A stretch of 64,000 nucleotides of DNA, from the NCBI GenBank assembly GCA_047602405.1, contig JASGHJ010000001.1, forward strand, positions 1,472,001-1,536,000, written 5' to 3'. Every line of letters begins with the position of its first letter. Position 1 is the stretch's first letter. A program made the translations under genes and the position numbers. This stretch comes from Anaeromyxobacteraceae bacterium (lineage in GTDB: Bacteria; Myxococcota; Myxococcia; Myxococcales; Anaeromyxobacteraceae). This document shows, one piece after another, positions 28,561 through 38,245 of the stretch. The notes under the pieces are model-generated. The model saw only the letters and a program-made list of their open reading frames with translations. It ran no database searches and was not told where the DNA came from.

Positions 28561-29580
28561 GGCCTCGCGCTCCTGCGACGGGAGGGTGGCGAGCCGGAGC
28601 AGCGCACCGCGGAGCGCGACGGGGTCACCCGGCGGGACGACGAATCCCGACTGCCCCACGAGGTGAGCGCAGTCGCCCACGTCGGTCACCAGGCACGGCA
28701 GTCCGCTCGCCATGGCCTCCCCGACGGCATTGGGAAAGCCTTCGGCGACCGAGGTGAGCGCGGCCGCGTCGAGGCTCGCGAGGACGTCCGAGACGTCGGA
28801 CCGGGGGCCGAGCAGCCTGACTCGTTCGCGGATGCCGAGCGCCTCTGCGAGCTGGGTGAGGCTGGCCACGTAGCTCGAGTCTCCGCCTCCCACCAGCACG
28901 AATCCGAGGTCGGCCCGTTCCTTCAGGGCCAGGGCGGCCGCACGCAGGAGCGTCGGGTGATCCTTGATGGGGTCGAGCCTCGCGACGGTTCCGACGACGA
29001 ACGCATCCTCGAACCCCCATTCGGCGCGCAGGCGCTCCCGTGCCCCAGGGGAGCCATGAAAGCGTTCGACGTCGATGCCGTTCCGTACGAGCACGAGCTT
29101 GCTGGGCGGGAAGCCCCGAGCCCGGGCATAGCGCGTGCCGGCCTCCGAATTCGTGATCACCACGTCGGCGACTCGAGCCAGGCGCGGCTCGATGGCATTG
29201 ACCAGCCGCACGTCGGCCCGGAGGGGCCCCTGCGCGGTCCCGGCGTCGACGACCGACCAGGCGAGGCGCGTCGCGGGCCGGACGAGCTTCGAGATGACGG
29301 AGATGAGATTCACCTGCGGCAGCCACGCGTAGAGCACGTCGGGCGCATGCCGACGGATGTGTTCCGCGAGGCGCCAGAGGAAGCGAAGATCGAGCCGCCC
29401 GCGGCGGCCCAGGTCGACCAGCTCGACGCTGCTCCCCTTCAGCTCACCTTCGAGCGGACCGCCTCCCCAGACGGTCAGGAGCTGCACCCGGTGCCGCCGC
29501 GAGAGGGCGCGGGCGAGCGCCGCGGCCTGCCGCTCCGCCCCGCCGATCTGGAGCGAGGAGATGACGAGGGCAATGCGCAT
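28462..29580 (-). CDS. GT4 family glycosyltransferase
   Basis: GGAERQ, NGIDVERF, ARLDPIKDH, EGFPNAVGEAMASG, TDVGD. Confidence 0.9.
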   Translation of the reverse strand: MRIALVISSLQIGGAERQAAALARALSRRHRVQLLTVWGGGPLEGELKGSSVELVDLGRRGRLDLRFLWRLAEHIRRHAPDVLYAWLPQVNLISVISKLVRPATRLAWSVVDAGTAQGPLRADVRLVNAIEPRLARVADVVITNSEAGTRYARARGFPPSKLVLVRNGIDVERFHGSPGARERLRAEWGFEDAFVVGTVARLDPIKDHPTLLRAAALALKERADLGFVLVGGGDSSYVASLTQLAEALGIRERVRLLGPRSDVSDVLASLDAAALTSVAEGFPNAVGEAMASGLPCLVTDVGDCAHLVGQSGFVVPPGDPVALRGALLRLATLPSQEREALGRAARERVSGLFSVESMAGATEAVFSSLLGG

Positions 29581-29582
29581 GC

Positions 29583-30686
29583 TCAGACCTGGCCCGGGGG
29601 GAGCAGGACTCCGCGCCAGGCGCGCTCGATCTCGGGCAGTCCGAGTCGCGCGGTGACTTCAAGGGCCGCGCGGCCCAGCCTGGACCTCAGGGACTCGTCC
29701 GCCATCAGCCGCTCCAGTCCAAGAGCAAGTGCACGCTCGTCCTCGGACCGCACCAGGAGGCCGTCCACGCCGTCGCGAACGATGTCTCTGGGTCCGAAAT
29801 CGCAGTCAGCGGCGACGCAGGCACAGCCGCAGGCCATGGCCTCGATCAGGACGTTCGGGTAACCCTCGTACCGGGAGGAGAGCGCGAACACCGCAGACGA
29901 GCCCAGCAGCTCGAACGGCGAATTCGTCCGGCCAGGGAACCGCACGCGGTCCACGAGGCCGAGGACGTCCCGCAGCTTCTCGAGGTCGGCCCGATCCGCG
30001 CCTTCACCGGCGACGACGAGCTCCCAGTCCGGAAAGCGAGGCGAGACGAGCGCGAACGCCCGGAGGAGCACGTCGAAGCCCTTCTGACGGTGGAGGCGGC
30101 CGAGTCCAACGATGCGGCGTACCCGTCCATTCGCCGCCGGCATGGACGATCCGACCGAGGAGACCGGGTTCGGGATCACCTCGATCCGAGCCCTCGGGAC
30201 GATCGCACGCATGTCGAGTGCTGCGCCCGGAGTCTGGACCACGACCGCCCGGGCCCGGGGATAGAGCACGTTCCGCGGCCAGCGCCAGAGCCGCGGCGTG
30301 TCGACCGGGTTGTTCCGCTCGGAGACGACCACACGCAGGCCGAGGCCGAGGGTCGCGAGCAGCGTCAGGACGTTCGTCTGATCCACGAACGCCAGCACCG
30401 CGTCGGGCCGGGAGTGGACGATCGCGCGGCGGAGGTTCACGGCGCGGCGCAGGGTACCCAGCACGCCCGAGACGAGCCCGCTGGAGTGCCAGCCCATTCC
30501 GAGCGCCACACGCCGCACCGCGGGGTGCAGTTCATAGAAGTCCGATTCGGCCCCGAAGACGGTCACCAGGGTGACGTCCAGACCGTTGCCTGCCCAGTGG
30601 TTCGCCAGCTGGGACAGCACGCGTTCGGCTCCGCCCGAGCCGAGCGAAGACGACACCAGCGTGATCCTCGCCCCGGGCTGGCTCAT
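29583..30686 (-). CDS. GT4 family glycosyltransferase (PglH/PglJ-like)
   Basis: GGAERV, SERN, IPNP, GRLHRQKGFD, SRYEGYPNVLIEAMACG, DCDFGP. Confidence 0.9.
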   Translation of the reverse strand: MSQPGARITLVSSSLGSGGAERVLSQLANHWAGNGLDVTLVTVFGAESDFYELHPAVRRVALGMGWHSSGLVSGVLGTLRRAVNLRRAIVHSRPDAVLAFVDQTNVLTLLATLGLGLRVVVSERNNPVDTPRLWRWPRNVLYPRARAVVVQTPGAALDMRAIVPRARIEVIPNPVSSVGSSMPAANGRVRRIVGLGRLHRQKGFDVLLRAFALVSPRFPDWELVVAGEGADRADLEKLRDVLGLVDRVRFPGRTNSPFELLGSSAVFALSSRYEGYPNVLIEAMACGCACVAADCDFGPRDIVRDGVDGLLVRSEDERALALGLERLMADESLRSRLGRAALEVTARLGLPEIERAWRGVLLPPGQV

Positions 30687-32062
30687 GAGGCCCGCGCCAT
30701 GAGGGCGCGCTCGGTGGCCGCGCGCAGGAAGAGGAACGAGGCGAGGCACACCGCCACGGATGAGAGGGCGATGCCGGCGAGACCCCAGAACCGCATCAGG
30801 ACGAGATCCAGGACGACGTTCACGACCAGGTTGAGGACGGAGCCGACGAGGATGGCCCGTTGCGCGGACAGCGCGACGGCGAGCCTCTGGTGGAGCATGC
30901 CGAGGACGTAGAGCGGCAGCTGGGCCACGTAGCAGGCCTGGACGAGCGCCACGGACGCGGTGTCCTCGCTGGAGAAGGCTCCGCGCTGGAACAGCAACCG
31001 CACGAGGGGTGTCGAGAGGAACATGAAGGCGATCGTCACGGGGATCGTCGCTGCGACCGTGATCACCGTATACCGGCGGATGGTCCGGCGCACGCCCTCG
31101 AGATCACCGGTCGAGACCGCGCGAGAGAAGAAGGTCAGCGCGGACGTCCACAGGCCAGCGGAGACAGAGAGCAGCACGCTCGGCACCTTGTTCGCGTAGC
31201 CCAGGATCGAGACGCCCCCTCCGCCGAGGCTCGCCGCGAAGGCCTGATCGACGACCGTCGAGCTCGAGCTCAGTGCGGCCGCGAGGAGGAAGGAGCCGTA
31301 GGCCGTGAACACCGTCTTCGTCTCGTGGTCGAGGCCGCGCCAGAGAGGTATCGGCTGGACGCCGAGACGACGAACCGCGGCGCCGAGCACCAAGGTCTCG
31401 ACCACCGGCCCGGCGAGAGTGCCCACGACGAGGATCGTGACGCCGAAGCGATCGCGTCCGACGCCGAGCAGGGCGGAGGTGAGGAGCGGCGTGACGATTG
31501 GCGCGAGCGCAGGCACCGCGAACTTCTCGTTGGCGTTCAAGAGCGCGCCCAGCGTGGTGTTCACAGCAGGAAGCACCAGCGCCGGGAGCAGCAAGAAGAA
31601 CAACCGTCGAGTGAGCTCCTGCTTCTCGGTGGAGAACGAAGAACCGAGCACCGGAATCAGCCAGGGCGAGGCGAGTCCCAGCGTCAGGGCGATCGCGCAG
31701 AAGGCGCCGATGGCGAGCACGAGGCTGTTCCCGAGCAGGCGCTGTGCCGCATCCTGCCCGGTCGAACGTCGCGCGCGAACGTACGCGGGGACCAGCGAGA
31801 CGGCCAGCGGTCCTCCCAGCACGTTGATGAGAAAGGACGGGAGCAGGAAGGCGATGAGGTAGGCGTCGAGCGAGTCGCTCGTGCCGAACCGGTTCGCGAC
31901 GAGGAGCTCCTTGCCCGTCGCGACCAGCTTCACGAGCAGGGTCGCGATGGAAACCGTGAGCGTCGCCCCGAGCTCCCTCTGGGCGAACCACGCGCGCACC
32001 CACGAGGCCGGGGACCGGGTCCGGGCCGGGTGCTCGAAATCGCTGGGGCCTCCGTCGTTCAC
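30683..32062 (-). CDS. MurJ/MviN-like MOP-family flippase
   Basis: KELLVANRFGTSDSLDAYLIAF, VDQAFAASL, LLFQRGAFS; many TMs; overlaps asnB stop and the GT start. Confidence 0.82.
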   Translation of the reverse strand: MNDGGPSDFEHPARTRSPASWVRAWFAQRELGATLTVSIATLLVKLVATGKELLVANRFGTSDSLDAYLIAFLLPSFLINVLGGPLAVSLVPAYVRARRSTGQDAAQRLLGNSLVLAIGAFCAIALTLGLASPWLIPVLGSSFSTEKQELTRRLFFLLLPALVLPAVNTTLGALLNANEKFAVPALAPIVTPLLTSALLGVGRDRFGVTILVVGTLAGPVVETLVLGAAVRRLGVQPIPLWRGLDHETKTVFTAYGSFLLAAALSSSSTVVDQAFAASLGGGGVSILGYANKVPSVLLSVSAGLWTSALTFFSRAVSTGDLEGVRRTIRRYTVITVAATIPVTIAFMFLSTPLVRLLFQRGAFSSEDTASVALVQACYVAQLPLYVLGMLHQRLAVALSAQRAILVGSVLNLVVNVVLDLVLMRFWGLAGIALSSVAVCLASFLFLRAATERALMARAS

Positions 32063-34044
32063 GCTGCCGACCCTCGCACCCCGCGGTGGGATTCGTTCCG
32101 GGTCAACCAGGCCTGGAACATGAGCAGGGGCCAGAGCTGCGTGCCCCGCGACCGCTCGCCGGAGAGGTGTTCGCGCACGGCGCGCGCGACGACCTCGGGC
32201 CGGAAGTGGCCCTGCCGGGCCAGCGCGTCCGTCGAGAGCAGGTCGAGCATCCAGGTCCGGAGCGGCCCGCGCAGCCAGGCGTCGACGGGGACCCCGAAGC
32301 CCTGCTTGGGCCGCTCGACGAGCGCGCGCGGGACGTGGCGGGCGAGCACGCCTCGCAGCGGAAGCTTCCCGGCGAGGCCGTCGACCTTGAGCGCCAGCGG
32401 CATGCGCCAGGCGAGCTCGACCACGCGGTGGTCCAGCAGCGGGACGCGGGCCTCGAGGCTGACGGCCATGCTCGCCCGGTCGACCTTCACGAGGATGTCG
32501 TCCGGCAGGTAGCTGAGCGTGTCCCAGGCCATCATGCGCTCGACGAGCGGCCGGTCGAACCGCATGCGCTGGGCGGCGGCGAGGGACGACTCGACCCCGC
32601 CGCCCTGGACGAGCACCTCCGCGGGCTCGTTCCACGGGGCGAGCAGCCCCGCGTAGAGCGCCTCCGGCGTGTCCCACCGCAGGAGCCTGGCGAGCCGGCG
32701 GGCGTGGTCGGCCGGCGGCGCCGTGAACTTCACGCCGCGCAGGAGGGTGCGCCGGGCGAGCTCCATGCCCCCGGCCACGGCGCCCGGAGCGCGCCCGGCC
32801 AGCCACCCCGCGGCGGAGGCCGCGGGGCCCGGGATCAGGGCGCGCCAGCGCCAGACCCGCCGCGCGATGGCGTACCGGCTGTAGCCGCCGAACAGCTCGT
32901 CGCCCGCGTCTCCGGACAGGCTGACGGTCACGTGCTCGCGGGCGAGCTTCGCGACGAGGTAGGTGGGGATTTGGGAGGCGTCCGCGAAGGGCTCGTCGAA
33001 GATGGTGGGGAGGAGCGGTACGACGGCGAGCGCGTCCTCCGGCGTGACGTAGAGCTCGGTGTGGTCGGTGCCGAGGTGGGCGGCGACCGCCTTCGCCGCC
33101 TTCGCCTCGTCGAACTCCGCCTCGCCGAAGCCGATGGTGAAGGTCCGCACCGGGCGCGAGCTCTGCGCCTGCATGAGGGCGACCACGGTCGAGGAGTCGA
33201 TGCCGCCGGACAGGAACGCGCCGAGCGGCACGTCGGCCTGCATCCGCATCCGCACGGCGTCCCGGAGGAGCGCCTCGAGCGCGTCGACGGCCTCGCCCGC
33301 GTCGCCCCGGAACGGGTCCCGCGCGCCGTCGGCGACGGCGCGCTCGAGCGACCAGTAGGGCCGCGGCGTGGCCTCTCCGGGCCGGGCCGGGTTCACCTCG
33401 AGGAGGTGCGCGGCAGGAAGCTTCTGGACGCCGCGCCAGATCGCGTGCGGGCCGGGCACGTAGCCGTTCGCGAGGTAGAGGGCGAGTGCGCCCCGGTCGA
33501 TCTCGAGCCCGGCGCCGAGCGCGTGCGCGCGGAGCGCCTTCGGCTCCGAGGCGAAGAGGAACGTGCCCCCGAGCCAGCACCAGTAGAGCGGCTTCTCGCC
33601 GAGCCGGTCCCGGGCGAGGAGCAGGCGCCGCTCCACGCGATCCCAGAGCGCGAGGGCGAACATACCGTTGAACCGCTCGAGCGCCTGCTGGAAACCCCAG
33701 GTCGAGACCGCCTCGAGCAGCACCTCGGTGTCGGAGTGTCCGCGGAAGCGCGCACCGCGGGCGAGGAGCTCCTCCCGCAGCTCCGGGTGGTTGTAGATCT
33801 CACCGTTGAACACCACCATCCAGCGGCCGTCGGGCGACGCCATGGGCTGATGACCCTCGGGCGACAGGTCGACGATCGAGAGGCGCCGCTGGGCGAGCGC
33901 GAGGCCGGCGCGCTCGTCGGCCCACTCGCCCGCGTCGTCCGGGCCGCGGTGCTCCATCGTGAGCGCCATGCGCCGGACCTCGGCCGTGAGGTCGCCGGCC
34001 GCCCGGCCGGCGCGCGTGTCGAGGAGCCCGGCGATCCCGCACAT
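32059..34044 (-). CDS. asnB: Asparagine synthase (glutamine-hydrolysing) family amidotransferase, polysaccharide-cluster type
   Basis: N-terminal MCGIAG, HRGPD, RRLSIVDLS, NGEIYN, LSGGIDSS, DEPFAD, KVDRASMAVSLEARVP, KQGFGVP. Confidence 0.93.
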   Translation of the reverse strand: MCGIAGLLDTRAGRAAGDLTAEVRRMALTMEHRGPDDAGEWADERAGLALAQRRLSIVDLSPEGHQPMASPDGRWMVVFNGEIYNHPELREELLARGARFRGHSDTEVLLEAVSTWGFQQALERFNGMFALALWDRVERRLLLARDRLGEKPLYWCWLGGTFLFASEPKALRAHALGAGLEIDRGALALYLANGYVPGPHAIWRGVQKLPAAHLLEVNPARPGEATPRPYWSLERAVADGARDPFRGDAGEAVDALEALLRDAVRMRMQADVPLGAFLSGGIDSSTVVALMQAQSSRPVRTFTIGFGEAEFDEAKAAKAVAAHLGTDHTELYVTPEDALAVVPLLPTIFDEPFADASQIPTYLVAKLAREHVTVSLSGDAGDELFGGYSRYAIARRVWRWRALIPGPAASAAGWLAGRAPGAVAGGMELARRTLLRGVKFTAPPADHARRLARLLRWDTPEALYAGLLAPWNEPAEVLVQGGGVESSLAAAQRMRFDRPLVERMMAWDTLSYLPDDILVKVDRASMAVSLEARVPLLDHRVVELAWRMPLALKVDGLAGKLPLRGVLARHVPRALVERPKQGFGVPVDAWLRGPLRTWMLDLLSTDALARQGHFRPEVVARAVREHLSGERSRGTQLWPLLMFQAWLTRNESHRGVRGSAA

Positions 34045-34050
34045 GTCGTC

Positions 34051-35235
34051 TCAACCTCCCAGGACTTCCGCGTAGACCTGCTCGAAACGCCGAGCGACGC
34101 CGGCGAGCTCGAACTCCCGCCCGATCCTCGCCCGCGCGGCGGCGCCGCGCCGCTGCCGCTCCGCCGGCGGGAGCGCGAGCACGCGCAGGACCGCGGCGCC
34201 GAACGCGTCCGGGTCCGAGACCGGGACGACCTCGCCGGTGTCGCCGACGATCGCGGCGGAGTCCCCGCAGTCGGTCACGACGCACGGGACCGCGCAGGCC
34301 ATGGCCTCGCCCACCACGTTCGGGAAGCCTTCGCCGCTGGCCGAGGACAGCCCCGCGACGTCCAGCGCCGCGACGAGCCGCGGGACGTCCTCGCGGCGCC
34401 CCAGGAGGTGGACGCGGTCCAGGATCCCGAGCCCCTCGGCGAGCCCGGCGAGAGCCGGGTTGCCGGGGTCGACCCCGGTGCCGGCGAGCAGGAAGTGCAC
34501 CTCGGGCCGGGCCCGGGCCACGACCGCCGCCGCCCGCAGGAACGTGGCGTGGTCCTTCTGCGGATTGTAGCGCGCGAGGAGGCCGACGAGGCCGGCCCCG
34601 GCCGGGAGGCCGAGCTCCGCGCGCACCGAGGCACGGTGCTCGGCGGAGGGCGCGAAGCGCGCGAGCTCGAAGCCGTTCGGGATGCAGATCATCCGGCCGC
34701 CGTCGTAACCCACCGCGGCGTGGACGCGGGCGCCCGCCTCCGAGTTGCACACGATGCGCGCAGGGACCCACCGCGACAGCCGCGCGCAGACGCGCTGCAC
34801 GAGCACGGTCCGGGCCTTGTACGTCGTGGCGTCGAGCGTCGAGTGGCGGATCCCCCAGACCACCGGCACGCCGGCGAGGCGCGCCGCGAGCCCGCCGAGG
34901 AGGTCGGCGTGGTACATCCAGGTCTGCACGAGCTGCACGCCGTCCGCGCGCAGGAGCCGGGCGAGGCGGAGGAGCGCGAGCGGGTTCGGGACGCCGCGGC
35001 TCATCCCGAGCCGCCGCACCGGGACGCCGAGCCGCGCGATGGCCTCGCCGATCGGCCCGTCCCCTGTGAGCGAGTACACGATCATCCGGAAGCGCTCGCG
35101 GTCCCGGGCGCCGAGCAGCTTGAGCAACATCCCCTCGGCGCCGCCCACCTCGAGGCCGGTGATGACGTGGCCGACCGTCCTCGGAGCCGGGGCCGGGGAC
35201 GACGCACGGGCCGATGGGGACGCGGGTACGCTCAC
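34051..35235 (-). CDS. GT4 family glycosyltransferase (start approximate)
   Basis: HVITGLEVGGAE, TWMYHADLLGG, ARYNPQKDH, EGFPNVVGEAMAC. Confidence 0.88.
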   Translation of the reverse strand: MSVPASPSARASSPAPAPRTVGHVITGLEVGGAEGMLLKLLGARDRERFRMIVYSLTGDGPIGEAIARLGVPVRRLGMSRGVPNPLALLRLARLLRADGVQLVQTWMYHADLLGGLAARLAGVPVVWGIRHSTLDATTYKARTVLVQRVCARLSRWVPARIVCNSEAGARVHAAVGYDGGRMICIPNGFELARFAPSAEHRASVRAELGLPAGAGLVGLLARYNPQKDHATFLRAAAVVARARPEVHFLLAGTGVDPGNPALAGLAEGLGILDRVHLLGRREDVPRLVAALDVAGLSSASGEGFPNVVGEAMACAVPCVVTDCGDSAAIVGDTGEVVPVSDPDAFGAAVLRVLALPPAERQRRGAAARARIGREFELAGVARRFEQVYAEVLGG

Positions 35236-35416
35236 GGGGCGGCACAGTCTACGAACAAGCGGCACGCCAAGGAACCGCAAGCGACCGCCTGGCGAGCCGC
35301 CGAGGCCGATTCCGCCCTGCTCGCCGCGTTGACCAGGAGTGCCCCTCCGTGCGTTACTTCGCGCCATTGCGGGCCCAACCCGGGCATCCGCCGAGTACCC
35401 AGCCCTCCCCGTGCGC

Positions 35417-36988
35417 ATGCGCTCCATCCCGTTCCGCGTGGTCGCCGCCGTCGTCGCGGCCTCGCCCCTGTTCTGGGCCAGTCCGGTCGCGCTCGCCCAG
35501 TCCCTCCAGCAGATGCCGTCCGGCGGCGCGGGGGCCCAGCCACAGCCGGCGCTCCCACCGAGCACCTTCACGCTACCCGCCGTCGAGACGGGCGACGCCC
35601 GGACGCGCCTCGCCCCGGGTGCGCCGCAGACGCCCTTTCCGCCGGTCGACTCGCCGATCGACCCCACGGAGTACGTCTGCGGTCCGGGTGACGTGCTCGA
35701 GCTCAACTTCTGGGGCCTTCAGAACTTCACGCAGCGCGTGACCGTCGACCTCGAAGGGCGCGCGTTCGTGCCGAAGGTGGGCTACCAGCCGGTGGGTGGT
35801 CGCTCGCTCGCCGAAGCGCGCTCCGCACTCAAACGGTCGGTCGGCGGGCTCTATCCGAAGCTCGGCTTCGACGTGACCCTCGCCGAGCCCCGAAAGTTCC
35901 TGGTGCAGGTGGTCGATAACGTCGAGAAGCCGGGGACCTACCCCGCGCGTGCGGTCGACCGGGTCTCCATCGCGGTGGCGGCGGCGGGCGGCTGGGGGCC
36001 ACGTCCTTCCAAGCGCGCTGTCGAGTTGCGGCGCCGCGACGGAACCCGGCGCGAGCTCGACCTCCTGCGCTTCGAGCAGACCGGAGATCTCGAGCAGAAC
36101 CCGTATCTGCTCGACGGCGACATCGTCCGGGTGCGGTTCGAGAAGGTTGCGGTGACCATCGCCGGGGGGGTCAACCGCCCCGGCCGCTACGAGCTCATCG
36201 GTTCCAAGGACCTCGACGAGCTCGTGGCCCTCGCCGGTGGCCTCTCGCAGTCGGTTGCGACGGGGGTTCCGGTGAGCCTGGTCCGACACACCGACGACGA
36301 CCGGCAACGCCAGACGCTTCATCCCTTCGGCCCCGCTGGCGCCATCCCGGACCTGAAGCTGCAGGACCTGGACCATGTCCAGATTCCGATGTTCCAGGAC
36401 GTCCAGCAGTCCATCTCCGTGGTCGGCGCGCTCTCCGGCGTCACCGGACCCACCGACCCGAACGGCGTCCGGCGGCTACCCTTCATCGTGGGAGACACGG
36501 TCCGCAACCTGCTCGACCGGATCGGCGGAGTCGGCCCGCTCGCTGATCTCGGCGGCTCGTACATCCTCCGCGGGGGCGTGCCCGTGCCGGTGGACCTCGA
36601 CGCGCTGGTCATGCGGCGCGACGTGAGCGCCAACCGCGCGCTCGAGCTCGGCGACACGTTCGTCGTGCCGTTCAAGCGCCGGGACGTCCTGGTGCAGGGG
36701 GCCGTCTTCGTGCCCGGCCTCTACCCCTACAACCCCACGTATTCGGTCGAGCAGTACATCGCGCTCGCGGGCGGGCAGAACCGCTTCGCCCGGGGACTCT
36801 CGGCCGTCCGGCTCGTGACCCCGGAGGGGCGGACGAGGGCGCTCGATCGAGACCTGCGGATCGAGCCCGGCTCGACCGTGGTGGTGCCGGAGCGCGATTT
36901 TTCCCGCGCCGAGGTGGTGCAGCTCATCATCAGCATCGCCGGTGTCGCGGTGAGCGGCGTCGCGGTGGTCCTCGCCGCCCGGAGGTGA
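35417..36988 (+). CDS. Polysaccharide export protein (Wza/OPX-like, multiple SLBB domains)
   Basis: Signal peptide; YVCGPGDVL poly_export motif; repeated V..PG.Y...AGG SLBB units; C-terminal hydrophobic helix. Confidence 0.85.
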   Translation: MRSIPFRVVAAVVAASPLFWASPVALAQSLQQMPSGGAGAQPQPALPPSTFTLPAVETGDARTRLAPGAPQTPFPPVDSPIDPTEYVCGPGDVLELNFWGLQNFTQRVTVDLEGRAFVPKVGYQPVGGRSLAEARSALKRSVGGLYPKLGFDVTLAEPRKFLVQVVDNVEKPGTYPARAVDRVSIAVAAAGGWGPRPSKRAVELRRRDGTRRELDLLRFEQTGDLEQNPYLLDGDIVRVRFEKVAVTIAGGVNRPGRYELIGSKDLDELVALAGGLSQSVATGVPVSLVRHTDDDRQRQTLHPFGPAGAIPDLKLQDLDHVQIPMFQDVQQSISVVGALSGVTGPTDPNGVRRLPFIVGDTVRNLLDRIGGVGPLADLGGSYILRGGVPVPVDLDALVMRRDVSANRALELGDTFVVPFKRRDVLVQGAVFVPGLYPYNPTYSVEQYIALAGGQNRFARGLSAVRLVTPEGRTRALDRDLRIEPGSTVVVPERDFSRAEVVQLIISIAGVAVSGVAVVLAARR

Positions 36989-38181
36989 TCGTGGTCACTC
37001 GAAAGCGCGATCTCTCCTGGCTGCGCAGCCTCGAGTCGTGGCGGCGCATGGCGCTCGTGACGGCCGGCATCGCCGCGGCGAGCGTCGTCTACGTCCTCGT
37101 GGCGCCCCGGTGGTACCAGGTCCAGGCCACGCTCGTGCCCGCGCGGTCGCAGCGTTCCGGAGGTTCGGGGATCGCGAGTCTCCTCGGCGGTGACCTCGCC
37201 AGCCTCGCCGGAGGGCTGGAGGCCGCGACCGGGGGAGGAGCGGACGTCCAGCGCATCGCCGCGGTGCTGAAGAGCGACACCGTCACCGACGCCGTCATCG
37301 GGAAGTTCGCGCTCAAGGAGCGCTACAGCGCGAAGTACCTGGAGTCGGCGCGCGAGGTCCTGTGGCGGCGGTGCGGCGTGAAGACCCTGCCGAAGCCCGG
37401 CCTCGTGCAGATCGCCTGCGAGGACAAAGATCCGCAGTTCGTCAAGCAGATGGTCGAGTTCTTCGTCGAGAAGGGTAACGAGGTCTTCAGCCGCGTCAAC
37501 GTCAGCTCCGCGACCGAAGAGGCCCGTTTCCTCGAGCGGCGCGTCACGGACCTGCGCAAGCAGGCGGCGGACTCGGCGCAGGCGATGCGTGAGTTTCAGG
37601 AGAAGTACAAGATCGTCGACCTCGAGACGCAGACCCGGGCGGTGGTGTCCGCGGTCGCAGGGCTGCAGACGCAGCGGATCAACCGGCAGCTCGAGCTCGA
37701 CTTCGCCCGCAGGTTTGCGTCCGCGGACGAGTCGACGTTGCGACAGCTGCGCTCCCAGATCGCGGTCGTCGACGGCCAGCTGGCCGAGCTCCAGGCCGCC
37801 GAGGCGGCGTCCCAGACGACCCCGCGTTCCCTCATGCCCCCGGCCCTCGAGGTTCCGCGCCTCCGCGAACAGTTTGAATCGCTCTATCGCGACCGGAAGG
37901 TCTCGGAGGCGACGCTGGTGTTCGCGCTCGAGCGGCTGGAGAGCGCCAAGGCCAACGAAGCCCGCGACGTCTCCACGTTCATGGTGCTCGATCCGCCCGC
38001 GCTACCGGACCGGCACAGCCGACCGAAGCGCACCCTCACGGTGGTCGGGATGACCGTGCTGGGGGGGCTCATCGCCTTCGCGTGGGAATGGCGCCGCCGC
38101 GGCGGGCTGCGCCTCGCGCCACTCGTCGATGCGCTGATAGGGCCGCCCGCCTCGGCGGACCAGCCGCCCCGTTCGTCCTAG
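36985..38181 (+). CDS. Polysaccharide co-polymerase / chain-length determinant (Wzz/GNVR-like, no kinase domain)
   Basis: Two TMs flanking a coiled-coil region; VLDPPALPDRHSRPKR before TM2; no Walker A domain. Confidence 0.82.
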   Translation: MIVVTRKRDLSWLRSLESWRRMALVTAGIAAASVVYVLVAPRWYQVQATLVPARSQRSGGSGIASLLGGDLASLAGGLEAATGGGADVQRIAAVLKSDTVTDAVIGKFALKERYSAKYLESAREVLWRRCGVKTLPKPGLVQIACEDKDPQFVKQMVEFFVEKGNEVFSRVNVSSATEEARFLERRVTDLRKQAADSAQAMREFQEKYKIVDLETQTRAVVSAVAGLQTQRINRQLELDFARRFASADESTLRQLRSQIAVVDGQLAELQAAEAASQTTPRSLMPPALEVPRLREQFESLYRDRKVSEATLVFALERLESAKANEARDVSTFMVLDPPALPDRHSRPKRTLTVVGMTVLGGLIAFAWEWRRRGGLRLAPLVDALIGPPASADQPPRSS

Positions 38182-38245
38182 GGGCAGGGCCGGTTCGCTG
38201 CACCCGGGAGGTCACCCGCCCGGTTCGCGGTTAGACTGCCGCGTG

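Noticed and set aside
35254..35269. Minus-strand sigma54-like motif TGGCGTG-CCGC-TTGTT before the GT/asnB block
   Set aside because: The -12 GC is GT and the site is very close to the predicted start; too weak to call.
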